Below are positions 25,238 to 38,399 of a DNA stretch of 64,000 nt, piece by piece. The translations under genes and the position numbers were made by a program. Each line of letters begins with the position of its first letter. Position 1 is the stretch's first letter. Source of the DNA: the human T2T-CHM13v2.0 reference genome, Homo sapiens; NCBI RefSeq assembly GCF_009914755.1, contig NC_060947.1; one strand, written 5' to 3'. The notes under the pieces are model-generated. The model ran no database searches and had not been told where the DNA came from. It worked only from the letters and a program-made list of their open reading frames with translations.

Positions 25238-28200
25238 TAAAGTGATCAATTCAGCCAGAGGGTGAATAGGAAAGTAGGAATCAAAAGCTTCATGTCATGG
25301 TGACTACCGTGTCTGTGTTCTGTAACAGATACATAAACAGGTAACGTTAAGTCCCTGATTTCCCCCAGCTCCTAGACTGTCAGGGAATGGTGAGCAGTTG
25401 TGAAAATAATAATAGTGCCTCACAATTCTCCAAATTGGACATTTCCCATAATGACAACTAACATTTATTTAACATGTACTGTGTGCCAGCTACTTTACAC
25501 CTATGATGTCAAGCTGTCATTGAGGAAGGTACAGCCACATTTTGTACATGGGGATAATAAGGCCTGAGAAGGTTAAATAAACGAATTCTAGGCAGCAGAG
25601 CCAAGCACACCGATTCCTGATTCCTGAGCAAACTTTCTTAACTCCTTCATTTCAATAGCTCTGGAAATAATAACAGGGATGGTTGTTTCCCCCATTTCAC
25701 AGAAGAGAAAACTATGGCTCAAAGATGAGGAGCATTTGGATCACAGGGTACAAAGCTAGGAAGTGTTCTGTCTGCTTCCTGATATAGTATCTGTTCACTA
25801 GCCCCAGTATGTCCCATCGAAGACCCAAGAGAGTGAGATCTTTGAGGATTTGGTAATATGTCAGAAACACACTTGTCAAAAATCAGTGACAACAGCAAAT
25901 CAGTTGAAATTATAAATTGGTTGAAAATAAATGTCTCCAGTCAATGTTTTTCCATGCAATAGTAATTTCCAGGTACTATGGGGAAGGTTTTTTTTTTGCA
26001 GTCTTTGAGCATGTTTGTCTGTTTTCTGAATTTTAAAATTTTTATTTTGGGGGAGAATAATTTGGGAATTCATTTTCAACTCATTCTTCCTGCCCTGGTT
26101 GTTCAGCAATATTGTCATGAACTTTGAAATTTTACCTGCGATTCTAAGTAAATTGTCTAAAAAAGTAAGTGGGTTGAAACTGAAATGTTTCCATCTGCTG
26201 GTTCCAGCTTCTCTAAGTTTGTGCAAGCTGGGATGAATATGCAACCTCTAAATGCAATACAATCTGCTTTTCAAGTGATTTGCCTTTAAGTTTTTTAAAT
26301 TAATTTTTTTTGCCAGTGATGCCAACTTTATCTTTAGCCCACATCCTCATCAATTTTAATGTACACTCCTTTTCGATGTAAGCAGCTTTTGCTTAGCATC
26401 TTCTCAACTGTGCCACGATAATCACTTGCTACCGTTGGGGATGGTGCTTCCTGTCAGAATTGAAGTGATTTTTAGTTTCAGGGACAAGCTTAGACTGAAC
26501 TTCATTGGTGTAATGGTGCTTGAAAATATTGGTGAGGAAAACGCCAGTTGGCATGATGACCACACACACGGGACACAAGGTGGGGTGTGAAGACAGAGAA
26601 GCTCTGATGTCATTGAAGAGAATCAGAGCGTATTGTTCCTTACACCCCACCTACTGCTGCTTCAGTGTTTGTGTTGTCTGAAGCTTGGTGCTTACAACCC
26701 TGGCTCTCCTTCCAAAACTGGTTTGAGCGTCTCTTGGGTGGTAGTGGTTTGGATTCTGGGCCCAGAGTAGTTTCCCCACTGGCCTTGCACACATAGATTC
26801 TTCCACTGAAATGAAGTGACTGCTCCAATGCAGCTGAACAGGAAAAATATGTTTTTCAATAAATTAGAGATCACCTCCCAAATGAAAAACAAATTCCCCC
26901 TTTCAACATAAACAATGCACTGAAAATGCTTAAAGTTGATGAAAAAATTTCTAAAACATCTTCATGGTGCATCAAAATCACCAATACCTGAAAACTCAGT
27001 GACCGTAAGTATTTGTTTTTCTCCAATGTATCAATTAGAACCAACTCTTCTTTCATTTTTTCACTTGGAGCAAGACCAGATCCGTAGGAACAAAGGTCCT
27101 CATTTCCTTCTCACTGGAGATGCCTAGGCCACTGCTGGTTCCATGGTGGACTTTAATTCAGCTAGGCCTCATGCTTTCTTCCTTCACATGCATGCACCAC
27201 AGTATTTGTCTTGAACTTGAGCCTCTGGCTTCAGAATTCAGAGAAGACGCATGTGGACCAATCACGGTCACATCAACCCTATGGCCATTGTGGATTCAAA
27301 GCAGAGTTCCTCTTCTTTTATGTGTTTTTCTGTATTTGCCAAATTTTCTACAGTTATCATGTGTTACTTTTGCAATTAGCAAATGCAAACCCCAAAATAG
27401 ACAGGATGAAAGCACATACTCAAAATGCAGACCCAAACCATGTACCTAACATTGTGATGGGCATTTTGGGCTGAGACTGTGGATCCCTGTCTTGGGCTGT
27501 CTGGTTCTACTGGGGGATTATTATCTCTGCCAATAACTGGGTTCCTCCCTGTCCCTCTTTCCCACACTGGCTTCATCTGCCAGAGGAGCCAGGGAAGGAG
27601 GTGGGGGATTCCAGTCTCAGTCACCAGAGGAATAAAGTGATTAGTCTAAGGGGAACACATAGTAAATTGAGACTATGTTTGGATAAGACAGCAAAACTTA
27701 AGATAGTAGGAACAATTATTCAGTGCTTGCTTTCTGAGTGTCAACTATGTGCCAGCTGCTGGGGGTGTTCACAAAAAGGCAGAATTCTACACTTTGAGAG
27801 GCTGTGTGACAGATAGGCACAAACTTAGGCACTTGAGCCAAAAAAAAAAATGAGTCCAAATTCTGGCTCCACTATTTAGTGGGGCTGTGAATTTAAACCT
27901 CAACCCTTAACTTCCTGGAGACTCAGCCTCATCATGTATAAGATGTGAACGCTGATTATCACACCATCACCATAAGGATGTATTGTGAGCTTACTAAGTG
28001 TCAGACATATATGTGCAATTGACATACACAGTCTCACTGCATCTTCACAGCAGCACTACAAGGCAGGTACTGCTAGACCCATTCCACATATGGGGAAACT
28101 GAGGCTCAGAGGTATTAAGTGATTTGCTCAGCATCCCACAGCAAGCAAACAATGAGGTCAGAATTGGAAGACAGGCAGGCTGACTCCAGAGTCTTTGTTT

Positions 28201-29469
28201 CTCACTCTGTGGTACGGCCTCCCATTGGTGAGCTAGCACGATGAGTCGATGCGGCTTCTAGACATCGAATGCCAGGCCAGTACTGGGCCTAGCACACATT
28301 AGGTGTTCATCCCAAGCTGGTCCACTGTCCTTGAAGATCTTGCAGTCCAAGGGGAAGAGCAGAGGGAGAAGGGAGGAGCTGTGTCCAGCCCAGAAAAGCA
28401 TTTCCACCCCCAAAGACTAAAGACCTCTCTTGGCAGGTATCTCTTCTTCTGCTTCCTGCTTCCCCGACCCTCAGGCAGGCCAGGAGGCCCCCTTCTCCCT
28501 CCCCTCTCCCCCACCTCAGACCTCCCTGCCCCCCGCCCCCATGGTCTGTCTGGGCTAGTCTGTCTCCCCCACCCTGGCAAGGCATTAAAAATTGAAACCT
28601 CCTTTGAAGAGAAAACAGTTTAATAAAAGCTCCATCCATTTTTCATGAGAGGATCAGGAGAGGGATGGTGAAGGGAGGAGAGGCAAGCTGGGGGAGACAA
28701 GTTGAGGGGTGGAATGAGGGTCTTGGGGAATCTGCAGTGAGGGTTCAGCACAGCAAGGGCCAGGCAGTGCCTCCTACCTTTTACCCGCAGCTCTGATGGC
28801 CCCAATGCCCTCTTCTTTTCTCACTTCCTGTCAGCAGGATCCAGGCTGGGCCTGTTGGTGTGAGGTGGGGAAGCATAACTTCCTCTTTGGGGAAATCTCC
28901 TGCTTTCACTTCAGGGAAGGCCTCAGAGGATGGGGGCTGCACTCCCTCAGAGGAAGATGGCCGCTAGGTGACCTCTGGCCTAGGGGACCTGCCTCCACAT
29001 CAGAACAGCTTCTGAGGCTGGGTAAGATGAGCCTGTCACTTGAGCCCTGGTCCCATGTTTGGCACCCCGAAGACCAGGTGGAGCAGAGCCTGGCCAGAGC
29101 CCCAGGCTGGGTGCGGGGCAGGAGGCTGAGCTTTAGGAAGAGCCCAACAGAGAGGTAAGGGCATGAGGAAGCAAAGAGGAATTAGGTCCAAGCCCTGGCT
29201 CATGTTCTTTGGACCCTAGAGCCTTTCCAACCACAAGAGACAGAATTACATTCACTGTCCTGCCCAGCCTCCATTCTTTCTTATCTCCCTCACCCCAACA
29301 AAGACAGATCCATCTAGAAAAAGGACACCCCACAGACTGGCCCTGGCAGGAGACATGTGTACTTACATCTGACTGAATGGGTTTCTGTCATAGATCTGTT
29401 TGGGAGCATGCATGCCTACATGTGGCAGTGTGTGTATATAGTGGCATATGCATGAGTGTGCGTAGCCAG

Positions 29470-29471
<2 letters not shown>

Positions 29472-29515
<44 letters not shown>

Positions 29516-29543
29516 AGAGATGGAATGAGAGAGAGAGAGAGAG
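29472..29543. repeat. Compound (TG)n-(AG)n microsatellite
   Basis: Seen directly. Confidence 0.92.
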
Positions 29544-31789
29544 CCAGGAGGATGTGTGCTTGTGCCCATGTGTGACAGTAAATGTTTCTACTGCTTCCTG
29601 TGTCTGAATAGGCACGAGGCCCTCCCCAAGCACATGGCAGAGGGTGGGTGGGATGGATAAGTTGGGTGATAGGGTAATGGGAAGAGTGGAAAGGAGGGCA
29701 GGCCCCAGAGAATTGAGCAGGCCCTAGGGTCTAGAAGACAGGCAGCTGTGGATGTGCCAGCCCCAGCCACAAAGCTGTTCCCTGTGGGCCTTAGGAAAGA
29801 AGGAATTTTCTTCTTTAGCCTTCCCAACTGAGGAGGGCAGTAGGGTGTATGCGTGTGTGTTTGTGATATGGCGAGGCCTCTGCTTCCTCAGCATGGTCAA
29901 GAGGGGTCTTGGGGGATGTTCCGGAGTGATCACTGGGAGGAGGCTGAGAGGCTCATAGATAGTGTCTCTTCCAGTCTGGGAATCGAGCTTTCAATCAAGG
30001 CTCCAGCCATTTTTCTATGCATCTATTCAATACATATTTACTTGTGGCAGAGTTTTTATCAGAATAGTTAACAGGCAGATATGGTCCTGTTCTCCAAGAT
30101 CACCGAGGCTAGTGTATTCTTGGCTCTTCTCCGTGGCTTCATACACCCTGCCTCCTCCATGACCCTGTAGGGCAGGTGGCGGCTCTACAGGGCAGGGAGT
30201 CAGGAGATAAGGATCCTGAATTTCATTCACCTGTGACCATCAGCAAGTTACTCTCCATGGCAGGCCCTCCATTTTCCCGTTGGTATTGGGAGGGGTTGCA
30301 CCAGGATATGATCCGGGGGCCCTTTCTTCTTCAGTGACAGTCATCTCTGGATACACGCTCTAAGATCTAGGACTGAATATTCCTGGGGAATTTTTTTCCT
30401 CGGTCAATGACACTGGGTGGCTTTAGGCAGTCGATGGCATCTATTTAAGATCAGTTTCACAAACTGTAAAAAGGGCATCAGAAATCTGCCTTGCTCATAA
30501 GATCTTTGGGGGCATTAATTGTGGATTCTTATGTATGCATGAGTCCTGGCACAGAACCTGTGGGCCTCGAGCAGCATGGGGCCATCAGGCTTGGGTTAGT
30601 GATGGCATCCCCACCAGTGACCCCAGTCCCAGGGCCAGGCTCATTTTCCATGCACACTGAGGCAGGGGTGTGAGTTAAGGTGGTGGGCATAGGGGTTGGT
30701 GGTTCACAGTGCTGATCGGGGTCATGAGGAAATCTGGCAAGGGAGCCAGGGAGAGAGGCCACCCAGGGGCGTGTTCCACTTATTTTCTCACTGCCACCTG
30801 AGCCAAATTTGGGAAGGTTCCCATAGGCCCAGGGCAGGGGAAGGGGTGGCCGCAGCACCTCCACTTCACTGCGCCCACCCCCAATCATTCCTTAAATGAG
30901 AATGCAGAGTTGGAGTCCTTTGTGGGTGAAGGCTGGCAGGGTGGGGAAGTGAAGGGGTATACTAGGAGGCTGGCAGCCACAGGCTCCAGTCCTTTCCCCT
31001 CTTCCCCTTTTCAGCTGCCCTCTTGCCTCCTCGCCCCCACCCTCCACAGAGGAAGGAGTGGCCCTCCTCCTCGTAAGTCCTACCAGCCCATCCTCCAGAG
31101 GACCACACTCCAGTAATTATCTCCCCTCTCCTGGCTGCTTGCCCTCAGCCTACAAATACATTCCAGTTTTTCCCATCTGAAAAACTCCCCTCCTCCGCCC
31201 AGTTGCCCCCCTCAAGCTCCCGCCCTCCTGCTGGCCTCCCGTCTCACGGCCAATAGACTCAAACAGTCAGCTGTGCTCACTGTCTCCTGGCCTGGCCGGC
31301 CTCCCACTCCCTGCTGTCACTGCGAAAACCAGCGATGTCTGGGTGACTGAAGGTCATCTCCTCCCCCCACCCTTGGGCCTTGACAACACCCGCCTGGTGT
31401 CTTGACACACTTGCCCGACCTCTTGTCGCTGGGCTCCTTCCTGGGTTTCATCTGATCTGTGCTCTCTCCTGGTCCTCCTGCCTCTCTGCCAGTTCTTCTC
31501 AGGCTTCTTCACGGTTTCCCTTGGATTCCTTCTCTTCCCCTTCCAAAATCTCCCATCAGCAAACTCTCCTGTTGCTGTGGCCTCAGCTCTCTCTCCCCGT
31601 GTGGAGGAAGAGTGAGGCTGGACCAGTAAGGGGAGGCCTCTTCCTTCAGTCAGGAGAGGTGAGGGCTAAAGAGGAGGCTGCCTCAGACCTCCTCCTGGCC
31701 ATAGGCTGGGGATACAATCAACCTCTGTGAGTTTCCAGAGTCCCTCCTCCCCCTCCTGTCTCCCCTCCCCTCCCTTGTTTTTTACCCAC

Positions 31790-32780
31790 CATTTTCTGAG
31801 CGCTTACTACATGCTATGGGTTCTGTCCTGTTGGAGGGCAGGGCCCTGGGAGCCATGGCGAGGACTTGTGGTTTTGTTCTAAGTGAGACTAGATGCCAGT
31901 GGTGGGAGGGGGTGGTTAAGCAAGAGAGTGACTTGATCTGATTTGCATTTTTAAAAGAAAAATCACCCTGGTCTCTGTGTGGAGAATAGGTTGTGGGGAA
32001 GGGGTGGTGAGGGGAGGCCCGTCGGCAGACTCCTCCCATAATCTGGATGAGCAGAGAAGGTAGCTTGAACCAGGGTGGTGGAAGAGGAGGTGGGGAGGGG
32101 TGGATGGATTAGGATATATTTCAGAATTAGAGCTAGACTTGCTGATGGATTGAATGCAGGAGGTGAGAAAAAGAAAGATTCAAGGGTAACTCCTAGGTTT
32201 GTGGCTGGAGCAAGCGGGTAGATAGTGATGCCGTTTACTGAACTGGGGAACACTGGGGGAAGGAAGGTTTAGGGGGAAAGCAAGAGCTCTGCTCTGGCCA
32301 CATTAAGTTCAAGATCCCATTAGATAGCCAAGCAGAGGTGTCACGTTGCCTGGAGCTCAGTAGAATGGTCACAGTAAGAGATACACACAAGGAAGTCATC
32401 TGAGTTTTCACCTTGGAGCCTTTGAACTTGCCTCTCCCTCTGCCCGACACTCTGACTTCCTATCTTCACCTGGCCAACTCCCTGTCCTCATTCAGGTCAC
32501 AGCTCAAACATCATCTCAATCTAAAGTCACTTCCTGCCACCTACCTAGTCATGCTCTATCCCACACCTCTGCTTTATTTCCTGCCCACCACTCATGCCTA
32601 GCTAAAATTATTTACCTTGCTCACTTATTTATTTATGTGCTTCTACACTCTCCTGGCCTGTAAGCTCCATGAAGGCGGGGGTTGCTGCCTGATTTTGTTC
32701 ACTGCTGTATCTCAAGGAGCAAGATAATGGCTGGCACATAGTAGATACTCACTGAACATGTGTGGACTGAATGAATAAGC
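31790..32780. mobile_element. L2 fragments (minus-strand ~31.8-32.35 kb, plus-strand 3' end ~32.4-32.78 kb)
   Basis: 'gacttgctgatggattgaatgcaggaggtgag...gtgatgccgtttactgaactgggg' and 'tgtaagctccatgaaggcgggg...ggcacatagtagatactcac...tgaatgaat'. Confidence 0.75.
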
Positions 32781-33429
32781 ACTTTACAATGCATCAGCTT
32801 CTTTCATCTTGACAACAATCTCATGAGAGTGGTAGTTGTCACCCCTGGGTTTCAGAGGAAGAAACTGAGACTTAGGGAGCTCGCTGAAAGTCCAAAGCCA
32901 CACAGCTAGGAAGTGGTGTAACTGGGACTCAATCTCAGGTCTATTTGGCTCCAAAGTCCATGCTGTAACCACTCCCTCATGCCAGAAAGTGCCGTCCAGA
33001 GAAGGCTTGGGTTGGAGTCCACCCCTCCTTGCTCTGAGACCTTGGGCAAGTTCTCAAGCAGTTCTGACCCTCAATTTCCTCCCTCTAAACTGGAGATAAC
33101 AATCATCCTTTACTTGCAGGATTGTTCTGAGGATTCCATGTAGGAACACATGCTAAAAAGCTTTATCCACTCTGTCAGTGGGTTCATATATAAGGGATTA
33201 ATAATGTTGTTGGGCCTCAGTCTCCTAATTTGGATGATGTGCAGGGGTTGGGGAGGGTGTAGTGGGACTAGATCTCTGACCACCCTTCTAGCTCTGACAT
33301 TCCAAGAATCCTTGAACTCCACTGTTGGTAGAAATGAATTGGGTTTAAATGTTCCAAATTGCGAACATTGTGAACACAGGGGCCTCTACTTTGGTCATCA
33401 AAGCTTCATCTCTGTGGATGTGGGAGGCC

Positions 33430-33580
33430 TCTTTGAAGCTTGAGGGAGGTAAATTGAGGACAAATCAAAGGAAGTCCTTTTTCACCCCAACTTAGTGAGC
33501 TTATGGCTTTCATTACACACAGGAGTGGTCCAGGCAGGAAACGGGAATGGCTTTGGATAAAATGATAAATGCCAGAGACA
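33430..33580 (+). mobile_element. L3/CR1 LINE ORF2 C-terminal fragment
   Basis: Reads KLEGGKLRTNQRKSFFT, then after a frameshift LVSLWLSLHTGVVQAGNGNGF. This matches the CR1 ORF2 end 'KL.G.KFRT..RK.FFTQRVVNLWNSLP.EVV.A.....FK'. Confidence 0.7.
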
Positions 33581-34164
33581 TGGTTGGCTCTGAGCAGGAG
33601 CTGGCAGTACTGACCTCTAAGGTCAATGGGAGGGAAGCGGCCCCTTAGGGCCCAATCGGAGACTAGCCCTAGGCTTTCAGAGCAGCAGTTCTGGGTGATG
33701 GAAATTGGAGGTGGAGAGGTCACCAAACCCATCTACCTGTACTGCCTCCACCTAACTCCATTAGTTTAGCTCCTGGCTGGTGGGGAAAGGAGGACTTGGA
33801 TAGAGCAGTCACAGGAACTACAGAAGAGGCGGCAGGGTACAGAGATTCCAGATCCCAACCTCCATCCACCTTCCCAGGCAGGCTCAGGCTGACTGTGCCA
33901 ACACTCACCAGCTGCTGTGGGGAACACCTTGCACGTGATTTCCCTTTTCTTCTGCCTCACCCCCACCTACACCTGGTGACATCAGCTGGAAGGAAGGAAT
34001 CCATCCCTTCTATACACTTCAGGGCAGCAGTAGCTTGGTGGCATTGGAAAACTGGTGGGGTTTGGCCCTGGTGCCCGCCTCTTGACCCTATTGAAGCCCC
34101 TCTATTTCTCCTATTCCTGTCCTTCTTCCAAAAGCCCGTCCGGCAGGGTCTTGCTCTCAGCTGG

Positions 34165-34296
34165 CTGTCAACTAAGGTGTTAGCTGTCAACTAAGGTGTT
34201 AGTTGTCAACTAAAGTGTTAAGTGATATCTAAGGTGTTAGCTGATAACTAAGGTGTTAGCTGACAACTAAGGTGTTAGTTGATAAGGCTTAACACC
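34165..34296. repeat. 19-bp minisatellite, 6 units, consensus CTGTCAACTAAGGTGTTAG
   Basis: Units start at 34165, 34184, 34203, 34222, 34241 and 34260, followed by a partial unit ending in an inverted TAACACC. Confidence 0.95.
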
Positions 34297-34564
34297 CCCC
34301 AAGGGGTATGTGCATTTTAATAGGGGATTGCTGAAAAGGAATGGCCTTCAAGACTCAAATAATATATGCTATATTGGTGGAATTTCAGGTAATGGTGCTG
34401 ATTATGGGTGGAGGTGTGGGTAGTCCCCTCTAAATCATACCACTTAGGTAATCATTTATTCATAAGGTTGCACACAAACCACATGCATGCACTCGCACAC
34501 ACACATATGTCACTTTTGCAATAAGGTTCTGAATTGTGTGTATATAGGTATACATTTTTGAGAC

Positions 34565-34810
34565 GTGTAATAATAACAACAAACACTCTAGCACTTACTC
34601 TGTGCCAGGCACTGTTCTGAGCACTTTACATATATTAACTTATTTCATCTTCACAATAGCCTTATGGTGTAGGTACTATTGTTACTTCAATTTTACAATT
34701 GAGGAATCTGACGCTCAGAGAGGTGAGATGACTTGCAGCCAGGCCACACAGCTTGAGTGTGTTGGAGCCAGGCTGTGTAGATGGCCAGTGTGACTCTGGT
34801 GTCCATATGC
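34565..34810 (-). mobile_element. MIR SINE
   Basis: 'gcacttactctgtgccaggcactgttctgagcactttaca...ttttacaattgaggaatctgacgctcagagaggtga'. Confidence 0.8.
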
Positions 34811-35444
34811 CACTGCCACATGGAATGCTTCTTCCCTGGCTACACAGTGAGATACAATCACTGTGTTGTGGCCATGTCTTGGGGTGTGACGGGTGTGTGT
34901 GTTTGTTTGCAGGCATGCAGTCTGATTCTTGAAGTCCCAAACTACAGGGCTAGGCAGAAGCCTTCTGGAGTGAAGAGTAGTGTGAGGGTTGCACATTCTG
35001 TGCCGGGATGTGCATGTGGGTGGGATTGTGGCTTTGCTGCAGGATGTCAGGGGTCGTGGACTGAGGGAAGTGCGGGTCAGCTACGGTGGGGGCAGATGCA
35101 GACCCTGTGCAGTGTGCTGGGGGCTGAGGGAGGGGCTGTGTGTGTGCTCACATTTTGAGCTCGCCAGTCCCCCGAGGCAGTCCCATGCCCAGGCCCTGCT
35201 TTGGGACTTGCCCTGCTGCCCTTTGGAGTTGTCCCTGTCAGAAGGCTGGGCTCTACAGGAGTCTACAGCCAAACCATAAGAATCAGCCTCTGACCGGCCA
35301 GGGGAGAAGGTGAAACCAATACCCAGTGAGTGCAGACAAGGAGGAATGAATTGGGGTGTGAATTAAGGGCATGTGTGAGGGGAGGGTGGCATGAGGTGCG
35401 TCTTAACTGCTAGGGATTCTACCAAGTAGGAGCAAAGGTGGGAA

Positions 35445-35445
<1 letters not shown>

Positions 35446-35475
<30 letters not shown>
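35446..35475. repeat. (TG)15 microsatellite
   Basis: Seen directly. Confidence 0.92.
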
Positions 35476-35476
<1 letters not shown>

Positions 35477-35919
35477 TCCTCCTCCTCCTTGAAAGAGGGG
35501 AATCTGGGAAACGAGATATGCAAAGAGGCTTGAAGGCCTATAGGTTTTTTCCTCTGAGCACTTGGGAACCACCAACTTATTTTGCAGGTGGGAGAGACAT
35601 GTTTGGATGAAACTTGTAACAAAAGTTGCTCAGCTTGCAACATGAAGAAGGTGGAGTGGAAGGGGCCAGGCCAGGTGTCAGGGAGACCAGCCGGCAGGCT
35701 GCAGGGCCCTGGCCTGAGACCAAGCAGTAGCCCAGGCTGGGGTGTGGCTGTGGGGAAAGAGAGAAAGCCCTGGAATTCAAAGACACCGTGGAGTTAAAAT
35801 TGCAGGAGCCAGAGGAGGGAAGGAGCCTGTGACCCTGTTTGCTGGCTCTGGGCCTGGCTGCCTGGCTAGTGGGTTTTGAAGCCAGGGGCTCAGGAGAAAA
35901 GTCTGAATTGGAGACAGAT

Positions 35920-36300
35920 TTTTAAAAATTTGACACATAACTTTTTACTGCTTTTTCTTATTACAAAACAATGCATGCTTATTAAAGAAAAGATGGAAAA
36001 TATAGACATGCAAAAAGAAGACAGAAATAATTTTCAATATTCTTGCCAGAGATAATAAATGTTAACACTTTGGTGTATTTCCTCCTTGTAGTCTTTCTTC
36101 ACTGAACATATTTACTATTTTGGTTTTATAAACAGGTCTTTAATGTATGTTGCAATCATTTACTGACGTTAAATTTAATCTACAAGTTCTTTTTGTTATA
36201 AAGTATTCAATGCTATGGGTAAACTAGAATTTATTTACTCAATCTTCTATTGTCATTGTTAAAATTTCCCTATTATAATTACTGTTGTAATGAGTATCTT
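35920..36300 (-). mobile_element. Old L1 (L1ME-like) 3' fragment
   Basis: AT-rich island 'ttattacaaaacaatgcatgcttattaaagaaaagatggaaaatataga...ccagagataa...gttaacactttggtgtatttcc'. Confidence 0.7.
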
Positions 36301-38399
36301 TCTGGCCAGTGAGATGGAGATTTGGAAGTTGCCCGCCCTATCTCTGTTGACCCCCTGTGTGTTGGAAACTCTGCCAGGGAAAGGCAGTGGGATCTTGGAC
36401 AAGCGCCTTTCTCCCTCTGGGGCCTCAGTCTCCCCACCTGTGCAATAGAGGAGATTGGACTTGGTGCTGGTGGGCTTTCTATGGCAATGTAGGCCCTGTC
36501 CCCACTGAGTTATTTCTTTGCTTTCATTCTCTTCAGTGCCCTTCTCTGGCCCTCACCTCCTTCCTTCCCTGGGCTCCCTGTCTCCCTTTTTTCATTTCCT
36601 CGCTTCTGCCCACCTCTCCTGTACCTCCTCTAGTCCTCCTCTCCTTGGCTCTCCTAGTGGGTCAGACAGCCAGTGGGCCCTGGCTCTTTCCCAGTTGGCC
36701 CGCTGATCTGACCCCTCTGTTGAACACTAGCCCTGCCTGGCAGGGGTCGGGCATTCCAGCAGAGACCTACCCAGATGCCAGAGCCCCAGGACAGCTCTAG
36801 TTGCCCCAGCGGCTACAGTGGCACTGGGCTTTCCTGGCACTGGATGTCAGGCAACTGGGCAGGCAGACAAGATACTCATGAAATAAAAACTGAGGCTAGG
36901 GGAAAGGGCAGGGAAGGTTGGGTATTTCTTGGGTTCATCCTGAAGGGGTGATATTTCCCAAGAGGGGGTGGCTCCATGCAGTAGAGAGCCATTGGATCAG
37001 AGGTTCTGGTTAATGGCCAGGATATCTGGACAGCTTCCAGGGGTCTGGAGACCAATTCTTTAAAATGAATTGTGAACTAGTGTGGGTGTGTGTTGCCATA
37101 GCCTTCTTCTTTCATTAAGACATTCAAGGACTCATGAGTTCAGAAAAAGATTAAGAAGGAGGTCATCTTGTCCCTAGGCTGGATCTACCTCCCAGTCCCA
37201 CCCTGACACACACACACACATACACACAGAGAGACACTGGGGATTGACCTCAGTGATGTGACATCACTGGGAGGGTGACATTAGTGTCATGTAGGAAGTG
37301 CTCACCATGCATTGCTTTTAAGGATCACCATCCTTCTAGCTGCCACTCAGTGGTTTCTGCCCCTCTCAAAGTTCTCTTTGATGAGCAGAAGTTGCTTGGC
37401 CAGGATGCCAGGAGGCCAGGCTGGGGGCATCTGTGTGAGAAGTAGCAAAGGCCAGAGCATCTGCTGCCTAGAGCCCCTGAAAGTGCCTGAGGACTCCAGT
37501 GTGTGGAGCAATCCAGAGCTGGATTGGAGAGGATTAGATAATTGACCTCATAATTGACCTAATTAGTGAGTGGCTGTGTGGAGAGCCCTTGGGGACACTG
37601 GGCCCGCAGGTGGCACAAAGGCCAGGCAGAAATTCATAGAGGCTGTGAGAGCCGAAGCCTGGGCATTTGCCAGCAAGGGGCGGGGGCAGGGAGACCATAA
37701 CAGGGAAAGGGATAGGACTTAAGGGCACCAAGCAGAGAGGGGCAGGGGTGGCAGGGGTCACTAAAGAGAGAGGGAGGAGGCAGGAGAGGCCTTTCAGAGC
37801 AGAGAGATAGCATCTGGGGGCCTGGGAAGGGAAGGGTCAAGATCTGGGGACATCAAGGGGAGAAGGCTAGGGACCAGGGGAATTGGTAAGGGGAGGGGAC
37901 AAGGCTTGGGGACACTGAGGTAGGCCAGGGTCACAGGAGGGCCAGAAAAGACCCTGAGGGCAGAGAACCAGGGCCTAGGGGGGCTGAAGAGGAAAAGAGG
38001 GTTATTGAGGGAACAGGGCAGCAGCTGAAGGGAGGAGAAGGGCAGAGCCTGGGTGTTTTCTGGAGCCATGGGCCAGTGACGGAGCCAAAGAATCTGGCCC
38101 CAGTGCCCACATATGGGCAGTGTGTGTGTGCATGCATGCACGCACATGGTCAGTCTAAACCTACTGGGGCTATGAGGAACCTAACAGCATCTTGGTGGGA
38201 GGAGAGGTGGCATGGTACCATCGGGGATGGAGACTGGAACTCTTGTATCCCAAAGTTTGTTGAATGCTTGCTCCCGTGTCCCAGAGAACTTGGCCCCTGG
38301 GGCTTCTTCCCCTGGCTGCATTCTTTTGCCGTATGTTCATTGTGTGTCTATAAGATGCCAGAAAATGTTTTAGGAGCTGGGATCCATCAGTGATTAGAT

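Noticed and set aside
34165-34296. Possible CRISPR-like array
   Set aside because: The units are contiguous 19-mers with no unique spacers, there are no cas genes, and the context is eukaryotic. It is a minisatellite.
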